A stretch of 64,000 nucleotides of DNA, from the NCBI RefSeq assembly GCF_009914755.1, contig NC_060933.1. The stretch is one strand, 5' to 3'. This document shows positions 14,165 through 28,892 of the stretch, piece after piece. The notes beneath the pieces are model-generated. The model did not search any database. It saw only the letters and a program-made list of their open reading frames with translations, and was not told the origin of the DNA. The translations under genes were made by a program, and so were the position numbers. This DNA comes from the human T2T-CHM13v2.0 reference genome, Homo sapiens. The stretch's first letter is position 1. Each line of letters opens with the position of its first letter.

Positions 14165-14968
14165 CAGAATGATAGATGGATGAATGAACTAATGAATGGG
14201 TGGATGAATGGTGGATGGATGGATGAATGGATGGGTGGATGGATGAATGGATGAGTGGATGGATGGATGGTGAATGGATGGATGAATGATGGATGAATGG
14301 ATGAGTGGATGGATGGATGGATGGTGGATGGATGGATAGATGGTGGATGGATGGACAAATGGATGGGTGGAAGGACGAGTAAATGAGTGGGTGGATGGAT
14401 GGATGGATGAATGGACGGATGGGTGGATGGGTGGACGGATGGATAGATGAATGATTGATGGATGGATGGATGGATGGTGAGTGGGTGGATGGATGGATGG
14501 TGGATGGATGGATGAATGGATGAGTGGATGGATGAATGGATGGGTGGATGGGTGGATGGATGGACGGATGGTGGATGGATGAATGATGGATGAATGGATG
14601 AGTGGATGGATGGATGGATGGTGGATGGGTGGAAGGATGGGTGGATGGATGGATGGATGAATGATGGATGGATGGATGGGTGGATGGATGGATGGGTGGA
14701 TGGATGGATGGATGATGGGTGAATGGATGGATGGATGGATGGTGGATGGATGGATGGATGGATGAATGGATGGAAGGACGGGTGAATGGGTGGGTAGATG
14801 GATGGATGGATGGATGGACGGATGGGTGGATGGGTAGATGGATGGACAGATGAATGACTGATGGATGGATGGATGGTGAGTGGATGAATGGCTGGATGGA
14901 TGGATGATGGACAGATGGATGGATGGATGGATAAATGGATGGAGGAGTGAATGAACGAATAAATGAAT
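14165..14968. repeat. ~800-bp (TGGA/GGAT)n simple-repeat array
   Basis: Directly visible. It probably grew from an L2 3' tail, since L2-like sequence lies at about 14060-14190. Confidence 0.97.
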
Positions 14969-15147
14969 GCTTTTTGTCTTCCCAAGGAATGACTCCCACA
15001 ACATGAGAGACTGGGGAGCCGGGAGGCAGCTGTTTAGAAAATGAATGACAACAAACCCAGAGCCCAGACAAGATCAGAAACACCACAGACCTCCTTAAAT
15101 AATAGGGGAAACGGCATTTCCTAAACCAGCCAGAGACACCAGCCAGC

Positions 15148-15685
15148 TGTGATGGTGAATTTTAGGTGTCAACTTGACTGGATGAAGGAACACCTGGAGA
15201 ACCGGGGAAGCATTGTTTCTGGGTGTGGCTGTGCGGGTGTTTCCAGAGGAGACTGGCCTGTGAGCAGGTGAGGAGATGCCCTTCCTGTGGGCGGCACCAT
15301 CCAAGCAGCTGGGAGCTCAGACAGAACAAAAAGCCAGAGAAAATGTGATTCCCTCTCCCTCTCCTGGAGCTGGGACTCTTGGTCTCCTGCCCCCAGACAT
15401 CAGAACTCCAGGCTCTCCAGCCTTTGGTCTCCAAGACTTGCCCCACAGGTTCTCAGGCCTTTGGCCTTAGACTGAAGATCACACCATTGCTTCCCTGGTT
15501 CTGAGGCTTTGGGACTGGGGCCAAGCCCTGTCACCCCCGTTCCTGGGTCTCCACCTCGCAGAAAGCCTGCTGGGGGCCCTCCACCTCCATAGTCGCGAGA
15601 GCCGATGCTCCTAATCGGCCCCTCTTGTCTGCCTCTACCCGGCTGCTTCTGTCTCTCTGGTCTCTGGAGGGCCCTGACTAATGCG
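15148..15685 (+). mobile_element. MLT2-family (ERVL) solo LTR
   Basis: Starts TGTGATGGTGAATTTTAGGTGTCAACTTGACTGG (MLT2 5' end) and ends CCCTGACTAATGCG (consensus ...CTAATACA). Degenerate 5-bp TSD CCAGC/CCGGC. Confidence 0.88.
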
Positions 15686-16919
15686 CCGGCCAGTCGGTCA
15701 GGCTCCTTTCAGCCCTGAATGCTGTGAATGTAAGTAGGAGCCGATCAGACAAGGAGTAAGAGAGTCAGCTCTGCCCCTGGTAGCCCTGGAGTCCCCAGCC
15801 CCACACCCCCTCGGTTACCCCTGACCAGCCCCACCCACCCCAGACGACAGTCAGTTCTGACTGCAGAGCTTTGTGTTCTGGGGAGAAACAGCTGCCACCC
15901 CCGTCCTGGGCAGGCCAAGGGTGGGAGGAACAGGGGGAGGGCACGCAGCCATATCTTCATGGTCTGAGGTTGCTGGAGGCCGCCGAGCTCATTTGGAATG
16001 GCCAGGGCGTCCCAACTGGGCTGAGCTCATGAATGACAAAAGATGAATCTGGACGTGTAGGAAACGCTCAGTAAATGCCCCGAAAAAATGAAAGGGGCAT
16101 TCGCTCTTCATCTCTGTGGCCAGAGGGACCGATGCATGGAATGGCCAAGTAAGGAACCAGGCCTATCAGCCCCGCCCTCCACACCGGCTCCTTGTGGTCA
16201 ACAAGCTGGGAGTCCGGGAGGCCAGAGACCAGCAGCCTCGGCAAGTCCCCTCCCTGCTCTGACCCTTCCTCCCCTCTGTCCACGGCAGGGACTGCAACAA
16301 ATACGCCCCGGCCCAGCAAGAGGTCCCCAGGAGTCTGAGCACCTGGGCAGACCAGGCCGCAGGGAGGAGCTGGGCTTTTGCTTGTGTTTTGTTTTTCCAG
16401 AGCACCTGTCCCGGAGAAGCCAGGAGGCGCTGGCAGAGCAGAACCGTCAGGCTCCAGACCGTGGTGAACGTCCCAGCTCCCCAGCCTCCGCTGGCCCCAG
16501 GCCAGACTCCATTTGGAAGTGCTGACCACAGCTTGACCACGGTAGGAAAAACATCCAGGGAAGGAAGCAAGCACCGCCACAGAGACAGGGCTGGCGGGGC
16601 CGAGGCCAGGCCCACGCTGAAGGGCAAGTGCGGGTTCCGGCTCCATTGCTCCCAAGGGTGCCAGCACCCAGCACACGGTCCCAGGGGGCCCGGTCCCCAG
16701 CCAGCTGTCCCTGACACACCACAGGCCACATTCACGCGGGCTCCAGGAGGCAAAGGGCATGGCTCAGATGCGGAGACCAGAAGCAGCAAGGCCCCAGAGT
16801 GGCGGGGCCCTGGGGCACGTGCGGTGCTGAGACCCTGCACACATGGCTTGACCCGCTCAAGGGAACTTTGAGGGTGGGAGTGTCACCGCCATTTTACAAA
16901 TGGGACTTGGAGAAGCTGA

Positions 16920-17339
<420 letters not shown>

Positions 17340-17962
17340 CAGCCATTGCATCTTTATGTATAAAATAGTGGAGAGAAAAACAGTAGGCACTGCCATCTGT
17401 GTGTGGAAGTCTGGACTTGTTTTAAGCGACCGGTGGGGGGCGGCAGGAGCAGCAACCTGCACTTCACAAACACCTCCTGTGGACCTCATCCAGTCTCCTC
17501 AGCTCAGCCCGGGGGTCTGCACGGTGACATCACCTCCATTCCCAGCACCCCACACCATGACTCATGGTCCAAACCCGCCGTCTACTCCCAGCTCCCCATG
17601 AGAGATGCCACAGCTTGGCCAGCACCACCACTGACCGCCACGGTGAGACATGGGGAGACCAGAGGCCAGCATGACAAGAAGCCCCTTCTGCAGCCCCTCA
17701 GAGCCGCAGCCGCCTCACTGGAAACCATGGACGATGACAAGGGCTGCCCATTTGCAAACTGCTTGGCCACACAGCTGGTAAGTTGAATAATGAGAGTTTA
17801 ATCCAAATTTATGTACGTCTTACATCACTGCATTCCGCCATAGCAAATTAAAAGCAAAATGAAATTATATACTGAATACGCTGCATTTTAACTGTTGGCC
17901 AAGAAGTAGGTTTGGCCAGGGTTTTCCTGTATTTTTCTCTTTACAGTTATCATAAATACCAG

Positions 17963-18366
17963 TTGTGTGTCTAAGTATGTGTGTACATGTGAGACTGTCT
18001 GTGTGTGAATGTGTGTGATATGTCCGTGTTGGGGGGCTGTCCATGGATGTCTGTGTGAATGTGTATGGGTGACTGTATGTCTGTGAATGTGTGTGTGTTA
18101 AGTTGTGCATGTCTGGGTGTGGGTGTGAACATGGAAGACGGGTTCAAGTGTGTGTATGTGTGTTTGTGTGTGGTGTGTCCATGGATGTCTGTGTCAATGT
18201 GTGTGTGTGAGACTGTATGTCTGTGTGTGTGTGTGTGTATGTGAGCTGTGTGTGTCTGAGTGTGAGTGTGAACGTGTGTGGGGTGGGTGCAAGAGTGTGT
18301 GTGTGCGTGTGAGAGTGTGTGTGTGCGCGTGTGAGAGTGTGTGTGAGAGTGTGTGTGTGTGTGTGT
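17963..18366. repeat. ~400-bp degenerate (TG)n array
   Basis: Directly visible TG-rich tract. Confidence 0.92.
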
Positions 18367-19905
18367 TCTGAAGGACCTTCACTAAGTCCAGAACCATCAG
18401 CCTCTCCATTACCCAGGGTGCTGCAGGCAAATTCATCTCTGCTGCTTGCAGGGAAGGAACAGGAGAGAGTTCCAACTCATTTCAAAACAAATCTGTAGGA
18501 ATTGAGAAGCCACTTACAGGAAAGAAACAGGCCCAGGCCATTCAAGCCTCCCTGACTCCAGCCCAGCAGGCAAGCCCCTGGACAGCAGGACCCACAGGCC
18601 TCAACAGGGCATCAAACTCCCAGGCACGTGCGCTGCTGCAGGGAGGGGGCTCAGTGAGTCATTTAAGGGACACAAACTTCTAAGGATTCGATGATTACAC
18701 AGAGATGGGCTCATGAAGAGGTCCCCAGATCTCACGTCTGGAGAATTCCAGGAGCGAGGAAGGGAAGCGCCAAGCCTGGTGGCTCCGGGATCGCCCTTGT
18801 TCCAGGTCCTGACCTGAGGCCGTGCAGCACTTCCACACGCTCCTCGCAGAACCGACTTCTCAGCATGCGCCACTGCAAACCCAAATTCCCTCTGCGCCTC
18901 ACAAATCATGTATTCACAGAGCATTTCCTTAGACACCAAGTCCCTGATAATGATGCTCAAATAAACCAGGCAGTAAATATCTTGTTACTTCCCATCAGCA
19001 GGTGGAAATCCATTCTCCCGGTGGTCCAGGAAGCAGTGTCTCCTAGAGGCAGCCCAACAGCAGGCGGGGGCCTGGGGCCTCCTCGGCCACCGTCAGCACC
19101 TCCGGCGTCCAGCCTCGAATCCATCAGGAAGCTATTGAGGCCCTGATCCCATCCATTTAAAAAGAGTAACCGTGGAGCTGCTGGGCTCTGGAAGGCAGGT
19201 GGCCCCTGCGTCCCTCTGTACCCAGGCTCACCAGGAGGCCACCAATGAACTACAGCCTCCCAGGGCCTTTGCACCTGCCAGCCTCAGGGTCCCCTCATGT
19301 GCACCAGCCCCGCTCCTGCAGGACTGGTGCCATGTGAGGCTTCCTGAGAACACAGAGACACTTCCCGGGGTCACCACTGGAGAATACCCCCTCTTTGCCC
19401 AATACCTTCCCAGAGTCAGAGACAGTTCTGCTTGTCCCGGGGTAACCGAGATAATCCATTTACAGAGCACACAGTAGGCGCTTTCCCCACCTCATCTCCC
19501 CAGCCCCTTAGGAGGTAGTGCTAACTTCGACCCATTCTCAGAGGAAGAATCAAGATTCAGGGCAGGAGGTAAATGCTCAGCGTCCCCTGGCTAGAACCAC
19601 AGGGCCAGGGTTGTCTGCACTCTGCTCTTCCCCCACCCGCCTGAATTCGTCACGCCTGGCCTCACCATGACTGGAGAGAGAAAGGGGCCATCCCGTTGTC
19701 CCAGCCCCGACACACAAATCTGGCTTTCACACCTTCCTGTTTGTAACAGGACCTGCCTGCACCTCCCGGACATGAGGGTGCAGAAATCCACTGGCTCTGT
19801 GTTGGAGCCAATCAGGCTGCTCCATGGATCTGGCCCACCTGCCGCTGAGCCGGCAAATCGGCCACCACAGCTGAGCGACCGAGGCTGGAGAAAGTGACTG
19901 CTCAC

Positions 19906-20022
19906 CTTTCCAAAGTCTCGCACATCGAAGAGGTCAAAGGGGTCAAACAGCTCGCTGTTCCTTAATCCAAATTTATCGTGGCAGACTTTCAGGAAGGTGC
20001 GTATGTTCTTCAAACACAGAAA
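19906..20022 (-). CDS. VAV2: VAV2 internal coding exon (probably exon 2), part of the calponin-homology domain
   Basis: The minus strand reads polypyrimidine tract ...TTTTTTCCCTTTAG | TTT CTG TGT TTG AAG AAC ... GAC TTT GGA AAG | GTGAG, i.e. canonical AG and GT sites. The exon is 117 nt = 39 codons, [39 protein letters not shown], recognised as Vav-family CH domain. [26 protein letters not shown] matches VAV2 rather than VAV1 or VAV3. It overlaps ORF 19591..20013(-). Confidence 0.96.
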
Positions 20023-21465
20023 CTAAAGGGAAAAAACAAAGGGAGGGCAAGGAAAAACTTATTAAAACTGTAAGCTCTGTAAAAACCGTAACAGCAACAG
20101 CAGCAAGCTCTGGCTTCCGTGCGCCAGCACATCCAAGCTCATTCCTGTTTTCTCAAGGAGGAAATGGGCTCAGAGAGATGACGAAACCCCCCGTCCCAAG
20201 GCTGGGGGGTGAGAAGCCAGGCCTGGATGGAAGTGGAAGCAGGCAGACCAGCTCCACATCCGAGGGTGTAGCCACCACCGCCCCCAGCCTTCTCATCACA
20301 TAGCTGCAAAACCCCCAAGGCCTGTGCATTCAGAAGACACGCCACTCCCCGTAACGGTAGGTCAGGGCGGCAAGGCAGCACCCTGGGCCCTCCATGACCA
20401 TCCAACCCAGCTCTCCCAGGCGCACCCAGCACATGTCGAGGCCGACAGTCACAGCTGGGGCAGAATATGCAAGCCTTAAATCAACAAGAATGGATGGCGC
20501 ATGCTCACGTGGGCACGTGCACAGGCGTGCGTACATACACGAGGCTTCTGACAACACCAACACATCCTTCCTAATCACGGGTGACAAAGCCAACAGCCAG
20601 GGGCCACCCCCAGGAAGCCACGGAGGACCCAGAGAGTGGCAGGTGCCAACTACAGTGGAAGGGTGGAGGGAGCACAAAAGCCAGAATTCCCAAATCAATG
20701 CATGGGTCATCTCCTCTCTGCCCACTGCCAACCAGTGAGCTCTCGGCCCTCACTGCGCCTGACGTGCCACAGGGGCGGAAGGCTTGGCTGGGGCGGAACG
20801 GCCATCTGCCCAGTCCTCGTGGAGAAACAGCTTGGTAAGGAAACTTATAAGGCAGCAGGTGAGGTGGCCCGGGGGGCACGCTCTGGAATCACTCGGGCCC
20901 CAGGTTGGAATCCTGTCTGCTGACTCCAGCAGGGAGACCAGGGTGAGTGGTTATGCCAGGCCTGGTTTTCTACCTCCACCTGCCTCACGGGATTAATCAT
21001 GTGCCCTGATGACCAGAGTGGGCACTGGGGTGTGGGAGCCATCAGCCCCCCAATCCAGCTCAGCACGGGGATTCGCGAGGGGAGGGTGTGGCACACACAG
21101 CCCAATAAGAGCCCAGGATTGTCGTCCTCATCAATAACCGTCCCCTATGGACAAACTGCCCAGCTCCAAGAGCAGTTCAGAGAGCCTGTCCCTGCTCACT
21201 GGAAATTTAGACAAATGGACAGACTTAGACATAGTGCAGGTCAGAATCACAGCCTAAGAGCGTAAACCAAGCAGCACTGAGAACGCCCTGGGAGCGGAGG
21301 TTCCCCCAGCCAGGACATACGCCCCTGCTGACCCCTCACCCTGCCTCACAGCAGGCAGTGCTCACCCCAGCCCCTTCTGCCTCAGGCCACTCCTCCCATC
21401 CTGGCAGGGGTCGGCTGCTATTCATAGACAACAGACTCATCTGTTTTATCCTAGAGTCCCTCTCT

Positions 21466-21513
21466 GTCCGCGTGCGTGTGTGTGTGTGTGCGTGTGCGTG
21501 TGCGTGTGTGTGT
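21466..21513. repeat. (TG/CG)n microsatellite
   Basis: GCGTGCGTGTGTGTG... alternating purine-pyrimidine sequence. Confidence 0.85.
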
Positions 21514-21819
21514 TTCTGAACACTCGAGATTAACTGCAGTAATGACACTCCTTTATCCCTAAATACCTGAGTGTGTAATTCCTAAGAACAAGGACATCCT
21601 CTTCCATAATCACAGTACCTACAGCAAAACCAGGAAATTAACATGGACACCACACAGTTATCTTATCTATAGACCTTACTTGCATTTCCCTAATATATAA
21701 AGGACAACCAAAATGTCCTTATAGCTAAAAGAAAAAAAAAAAAAAACTGGCCCAGGTTCCAATATGGGATCACACACAGTTTCTGCTGCCATGCCTCTTC
21801 AGTCTCCATTAATCTGGTA

Positions 21820-22315
<496 letters not shown>

Positions 22316-22371
22316 GTGAGTCTAAAACACTCCATGATCTTTGTTTTTCACGACCTGTTAATTCTGAAGAA

Positions 22372-22965
22372 TACAGACATGAAAGGACAAATCCTGTGTG
22401 AGTCCACTTTTTTTTGGGGGGGGGACGGAATTTCGCCCTTGTTTCCCAGGCTGGAGTGTAATGGTGTGATCTCGGCTCACCACAACCTCTGCCTCCCGGG
22501 TTCAAGCGAATTCTCCTGCCTGAGCCTCCCAAGTAGCTGGGATTACAGGCACGCACCACCATGCCCAGCTAATTTTTGTATTTTTAGTAGAGACGGGGTT
22601 TCTCCACGTTGGTCAGGCTGGTCTCCAACTCTTGACCTCAGGTGATCTGCCTGCCTCAGCCTCCCAAAGTGCTGGGATTACAGGCGTGAGCCACCACGCC
22701 CGGCCGTGATTCCACTTTCATGAGGCCCCTGGAGTCGTCAGATCCACAGAGAGAAAGGAGAATAGTGGGCGCCCTCGAAGGGCTGAGCGATGGGGTGGTT
22801 TCGTGGGGAACAGAGCTCTTGCTTGGGAAGACCAGAGAGTTCTGTGGATGGTGGTGATGGTGCTTGCCAACAAAGTGAATGTGCTTGACCCTACTGGACG
22901 GTGCTCTAGAGGAAAACCGGAGAAGACACTGAGTTTTACGTTATGTGTATTTTACCACAATAAAA
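22372..22965 (+). mobile_element. L1MB-like 3'UTR fragment split by an Alu
   Basis: AAAGGACAAATCCTGTGTGAGTCCACTT...TTTTACGTTATGTGTATTTTACCACAATAAAAA, typical of an L1MB 3' end. Confidence 0.7.
22411..22705 (-). mobile_element. Alu (AluS-like, full length)
   Basis: Reverse Alu dimer. TSD GTGAGTCCACTTT / GTGATTCCACTTT. Confidence 0.94.
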
Positions 22966-22974
22966 AGATTAATT

Positions 22975-23265
22975 AGAAGAGACACAGAGAGACATGGAGA
23001 CACAGACCCACGAGGAGTGCATGTGAGATGGGCCCCTTTCCTTAGCAACTGGGAGTGACACAGCTGTGGGCCAGCCACTCCAAGGGTGGCCACCGTTGCC
23101 AGAAGCGGGAGAGGGCGTGGGACGGGCTCTCCTCCGAGGCCCCACGAAGGAGCTGTTGCTGCCACACACAATTGATTCAGGCTGCTGGCCTGCAGCCCTG
23201 GGAACAATAAGGTTCTGCTGCTTAAAGCCACCACGGTCGATGGTGCTTGGTTAGGACAGCCCCAG
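22975..23265 (+). mobile_element. MLT1 (MaLR) LTR fragment
   Basis: The 3' end ...GAACAATAAGGTTCTGCTGCTTAAAGCCACCACGGTCGATGGTGCTTGGTTAGGACAGCCC resembles the MLT1 3' terminus. Confidence 0.55.
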
Positions 23266-26200
23266 ACACTGGAGCTGGGAGCAGGCCTGAGCCGGGGCAG
23301 GGGCTACGCCCTCTCGCTCGTCTGCGCGGCTGCACGTGCTGCAGCTTCCAGCCCGGCGTGACTATTTTTTGAATATGGCTTGTCTGTAATTTCCACTAAG
23401 CATTTATTTTCATTCTTCCTCAGCCTCCCAAGTTTAGAGTTAATTACACGGATCCCAACCATAATCACAGCCGGCCAGGCCCAGGCTTCCTTTCGGGCAC
23501 AGGATGGGCCCAGCGCACCCCTTTCCCATGGGCCCAGCAACTGCTGTGCCTGGCCCGGCCCCACCCGTGGCCACTCTGGCCACCCTAACCTTTAAGAAGT
23601 CCTCCTGCTGCAGCTCTGGGCCCAACCCAGGGTGGTCTCTGCAAAACTGAGCCACACAGGCTGATGCAGATGGCAGGGACAGGGACTGCACGGACGGGGA
23701 TGGCAGAGACCGGGACAAAGCCTGGGGGCCACGTCAGGCTCCACCTCGAGGGAGGCCACACACGGCCCGGCCTCCCTTCAGGGAGCATTTCCTGTGCTTT
23801 CTACAGTTCATCCCATTTTCCACAAAGGGAAACTGAGGCACAGAGAGTTAAGGACGTGGGCACCTGACCAGAGGGCGGCAGCGCCAAGAATGAAGCCATG
23901 TCGACATCGGCCAGGGCAAAGGCCCTCTGAGAGGACGGGCGTGTGGGCAGGCACCAGGTCCCTCCTGCCATCCCTGTACCCCTTTCCTCAGTGGCCTGGT
24001 TTGCAAGGTCTGTGGTCGCTCTGGAGCCAATCAGAGCCTCAAGGTCCAGGTTCTAGACAGAGACCCTGATGGTTGGCAGGGACCGGACCCAAGGCTGAGG
24101 TTGCTGCAGGTGCATCATGGCCACAGGGGCCCATTGAGGACACAGGCCGAGGGACAGTGGCAAAGGGAGGCCCAGATGGTGGTCAGCGCCAGGTGAAAAG
24201 TCCCCTGTCCACGCCCAAGCTATGAAGGCTGGCTTCAGCTGTCACCTGTGGCTGCAGGAGCAAGCGGCATTCTTCTCTCTCATTGATCCAACCTGGCCTT
24301 CGGGACCCCCCCCAAAGGCAGCCACTGCTTCCCCCAGCATCCTGGACTTTAAGTCCAGCTGAGTGGCCACAGCAAGGGTCTGTCCCCAGAAAACAAGCCC
24401 TGTGACAAGGGTCCCAGGGCTGAGTGCCCTCTCCCCCAGGCTGGCGGCTATGGGGTCCCCACTGTGTTTGTTTAGGGCACTCTGAGGGGGCATGGGCTAC
24501 CCCACCTCCTGCTCCCCACAGCCCCAGACTGCAGGGAGGGCTCCCGCCCCTGGGCCCCAAGAATCCCTTGTCCAGGCTCTGGCGCTGCAATGAGAGGCAG
24601 CGTGTAGTGTGCCCTGGAAACGTCAGCCCCTTTCTCTCCGGCCCATTCATCGGCAGCCGCAGATCTAATCAGGCTGAAATCGGATTAGTGTGGTGACACA
24701 GGCTCCATGCCCAGTCGCCCACCTCCCCAGGCTCAGCTGCACTGTCCTTCAGCTCTTGCAAGGCGCCAGGGCGGGGTGTCACAGACAGGAGAGGCAGGGC
24801 AGGGCCGGAGAGCCAAGACCCCAGAGCCAGGAGCCCAGGTCTGAGCCACAGGTGAGGCCCGAGGGCATCCTGGATGGCAAGCTTCACCGGCCAAGCTCAC
24901 ATGCTCACAGGACAGTCACGTCTCTTTAGGGTCTCTGAAACAATCTATTGTGATGGGGACACAATGGCAGGGACAGGCCTCTCTGCCCTGCAGAACCCAC
25001 GGCAGCCCACCGAGAGCAGGGGCGCCCTTCAGCCTATGTGGGCCCTTCCACTGCCCCTTACTGGCAACGGGTCACCGGCAGTGCTGGAGTGGGAAACAGG
25101 ACAGGCCTGCCTCGCCCTCCAGAGCTGGCATCTAGCCGGCATGACCTGAGAGGGGTACAAAAGGGGAAACTAAGCCGGGGGAGGCAAATCCACTTGCCTG
25201 AGTCACATAGCCAGCAGGCCTCAGCTGGGGAGCTGCAGTTTGAACACAGGTGGCTTGGCCATCGACCCCTGGGCAATGGTGATGGAGTAATAGCAGAGCC
25301 TGACAATGACCACAGGCAGGGAGGATGCTGACGTGCACAACAGCCAACTCACTCACCACCTGCAGAGCCTGTGAGGTGTGCACTGGCCCACTGCACAGAC
25401 AGACAACCAAGCTCCAAGCAGTGAGCTCATGGGTAGGCCCAGGATTCAGGGGCAAATGGAGTGGCCGGGATGCAAAAGGGCAGCAGGCCCCCGCCTAAGG
25501 GGATGCAAGAAAGTCCTGTCTCGCCAAGGACGGCAGCACAAGGCCTGCGTCGTCAAGGCAGGTGCCACACTGTCTCAGGGGCTGACTCCTGGGCCCCAGC
25601 TGGACCATGCAGGAGGAGCGTGGGGCCGGGCTGACCTTTATGGGAGGTGACCCTCGCTGCTCCCTCCTCCCAGGAGAGCTCGGGCAAGTCTCCTCATGTG
25701 CACAGTGAGGCTCTGGCACAGAGCTCCAGGCCCTTCCGGCCAAGACTGGCTACGCGTCTCGGTGCGCTGACTCACAGTGATTATAGGCGCTCCACGGCCG
25801 CCAGGTTTTCCAGAAGGCCAGGCACTGGGCTAAGAGCTCCCTTGAGTCACTGCAGCAATTCCTAATTTACAGATGAGGAAACTGAGGTTTCAGGAGGTCA
25901 GCTGGCCTGCCCAAGGTCACTAGCAAGGATGTAACTGAGCTAACAATGGATCTGGGATGGTTTGACCCCCAAGGCCAGACTGCTGGCCTCTAAGCTATCC
26001 TGTCTATGGGTTTCTGGGCAGGGAAATCCCATTATTTTTTCTTTTTTAAAATGACAACAGTACTTTGACAAAAACTCAGTCTGTTCAGAGGAGATGGGGA
26101 GGCACTGAGTGTAGGAGCCCGGCCTTTGGGCTTGAGGGGCAGGCCCCACCCACAGAAACCAAGGCTTAGGAATGGGGCCAGAGAGGAGGGGGCTGACCTG

Positions 26201-28164
26201 ATTAATCGGCACATAATAACTAACTAGCACGCATGCGCCATTTCACAGCCCACTAGCACTTTCACATCCACATTTGCTCCGTCAGATGTGGAAATGGAGG
26301 CCCCAGAAGGCAGGTGACCCGCGATCTGAACCCAGGCCCGGTTCCTCTCAGGATGCCCCCAGCCTCTGGCAGGCCCATGCCCGGGAAAGTCCCTTTGGCT
26401 GCCCCACCAGGAAGGTCAGGGGCCCGGGTGTCCTCAGTCCCAGGAGTGGCACTCAGCTGGGGGTGGGGTCCTGCAGGGAAAGCCCCAAGCTGGGGTCTCC
26501 AGATCGCCTGGCCCAACCTTCCCCATCCATGTAGATTGTCACCAACAGGCAGGGCTCCTCCCAGGTCTCTGGCTGGCATCCCTGAACCACCGACTCCTGT
26601 CCTGCACAGTCCTACCTCCCCCTGGCCTCTTGCACACAACCACATTCCAGTGCAGACCCCACAGCAGGTGCTCCAGGTGGGGACAACCCAGGCCTGCTCC
26701 CACTCAACAGCCACACAGCTTCTCTGTACCTCAGTTTCTCAATCTGTAAAATGGGCAAGGAGAACCCTGCCCTCTGACTCCCACGATGCTGGGACTCTCA
26801 CTCAAAGAGACTGTACTGAGGCCATCTCACTGGGGAAGTCCAGAAGTCCCCTGAGACATTGGTCACTGGGAGAGCTGGCAGGGGGGTTGGGGTGCCACAG
26901 TTAGCTGGAGCTGAGGAGCAGCCACAGTGCACGAGAACCTGGGCCCTTCATCACCATGGTCCCACCCTGGAGCTGTTAGCCCGCCACCCCGCTGGCCTTT
27001 AGTTCGCAGCAGAGCTCCTCAAGGCAGCTGCCCGGGACTGGGGGAGGGACACAGGCCGACAAGGGACTTCTGGGGCCTGGCCTCAGGCTCTCTGCTCATG
27101 GCCAGAGCAGCCCAGCAACTGGGAGGTGAAGACCCCCACCCCATGTGCTCCTTGCTGCAAAAGGGAACCTGGGCACCACAGCCCTGAAAGCAACAGGGCA
27201 CCACAGCTTCTGGGCCTCAGGAGAACAGGCACTCTCTTTTCAAGCCTCTGGGTCTTTCTGAGCAAGCTGGGGGTCTCCATGTGCAGCCTCCACGCCCTGC
27301 GGCAAAGGCTCCAGGAAGTACCCACAGACATAGATAGACATAGTGCGTTTTCTTGAAATACTTCAACAAGTGTCACTAACACTGCGCTTAGCAGAGACCG
27401 ATTGCACGCCTGGCTGCTCTGCTTCCGGCTGGAGTGGTGCTGACTCCCTGGAGCCACAATGCTGCGTCGTGCTGATCAGAAGCTCTGACTGGCAGCTGAG
27501 GATGTCTTTGATCAATAAAAAAATGGGAAAACAAATTAATTTCCTGTTTTATTTATGCCATGCTCATTCCAAAAACCACTTAAAATAGCTTGATTACTAT
27601 TCAACAGATGCAGCTTGATGGAATGGATCAAATTTGGGGCCCATCAGGTAGATAAACAGGTGACCCTGGGTGACAGGCTGGCCAGGTGCTCACGGAGACA
27701 GGAGCTGACGCCGTTTGCTCCCTCTGGGTCCCAAATGCCCTGGACAATGCCTAGCCCATCACACGGGCTCAGTATCTGGTAGACGAACAAATGAACCAAT
27801 GAATTAATGAATGAACAAATGAATGAATGTCTAGGAAGCACTCTTAGGTGCCCTCTGACTGCTGACACCTCTCAAAGGGCCCTGCTTTCTCCTCAAGCAG
27901 CAGAGAGTCCACGATGCCTTCCAAGACGTCCGGGGCCCCCAAGGACAGCCACTGCTGCTTAGCTGGCAACCTCGCTTCCAGAAGCATCTCTTCCGAAAAC
28001 AAGCAAGCAGGTGGAAGGTAGGGTCTGGCCTCGACCCCTTATTCCTGCACACATCAATGTCACCTGCACAACTCTACACACCAGCCCACCAGGGACCCAT
28101 TAGCTGGTCAGATCCAATAACCACTCTAGCAGGGGGCGGGGGTGGTCCCTTATCACCCATTTTA

Positions 28165-28892
<728 letters not shown>

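Noticed and set aside
14112-15086. Three long His/Pro/Ser/Ile-rich ORFs (271-324 aa) on the minus strand
   Set aside because: They are translations of the stop-poor (TCCA)n repeat in all three frames.
19591-19905. ORF continuation past the VAV2 exon ([10 protein letters not shown]...)
   Set aside because: Vav homology ends exactly at the GTGAG donor, so the remainder is intron read-through.
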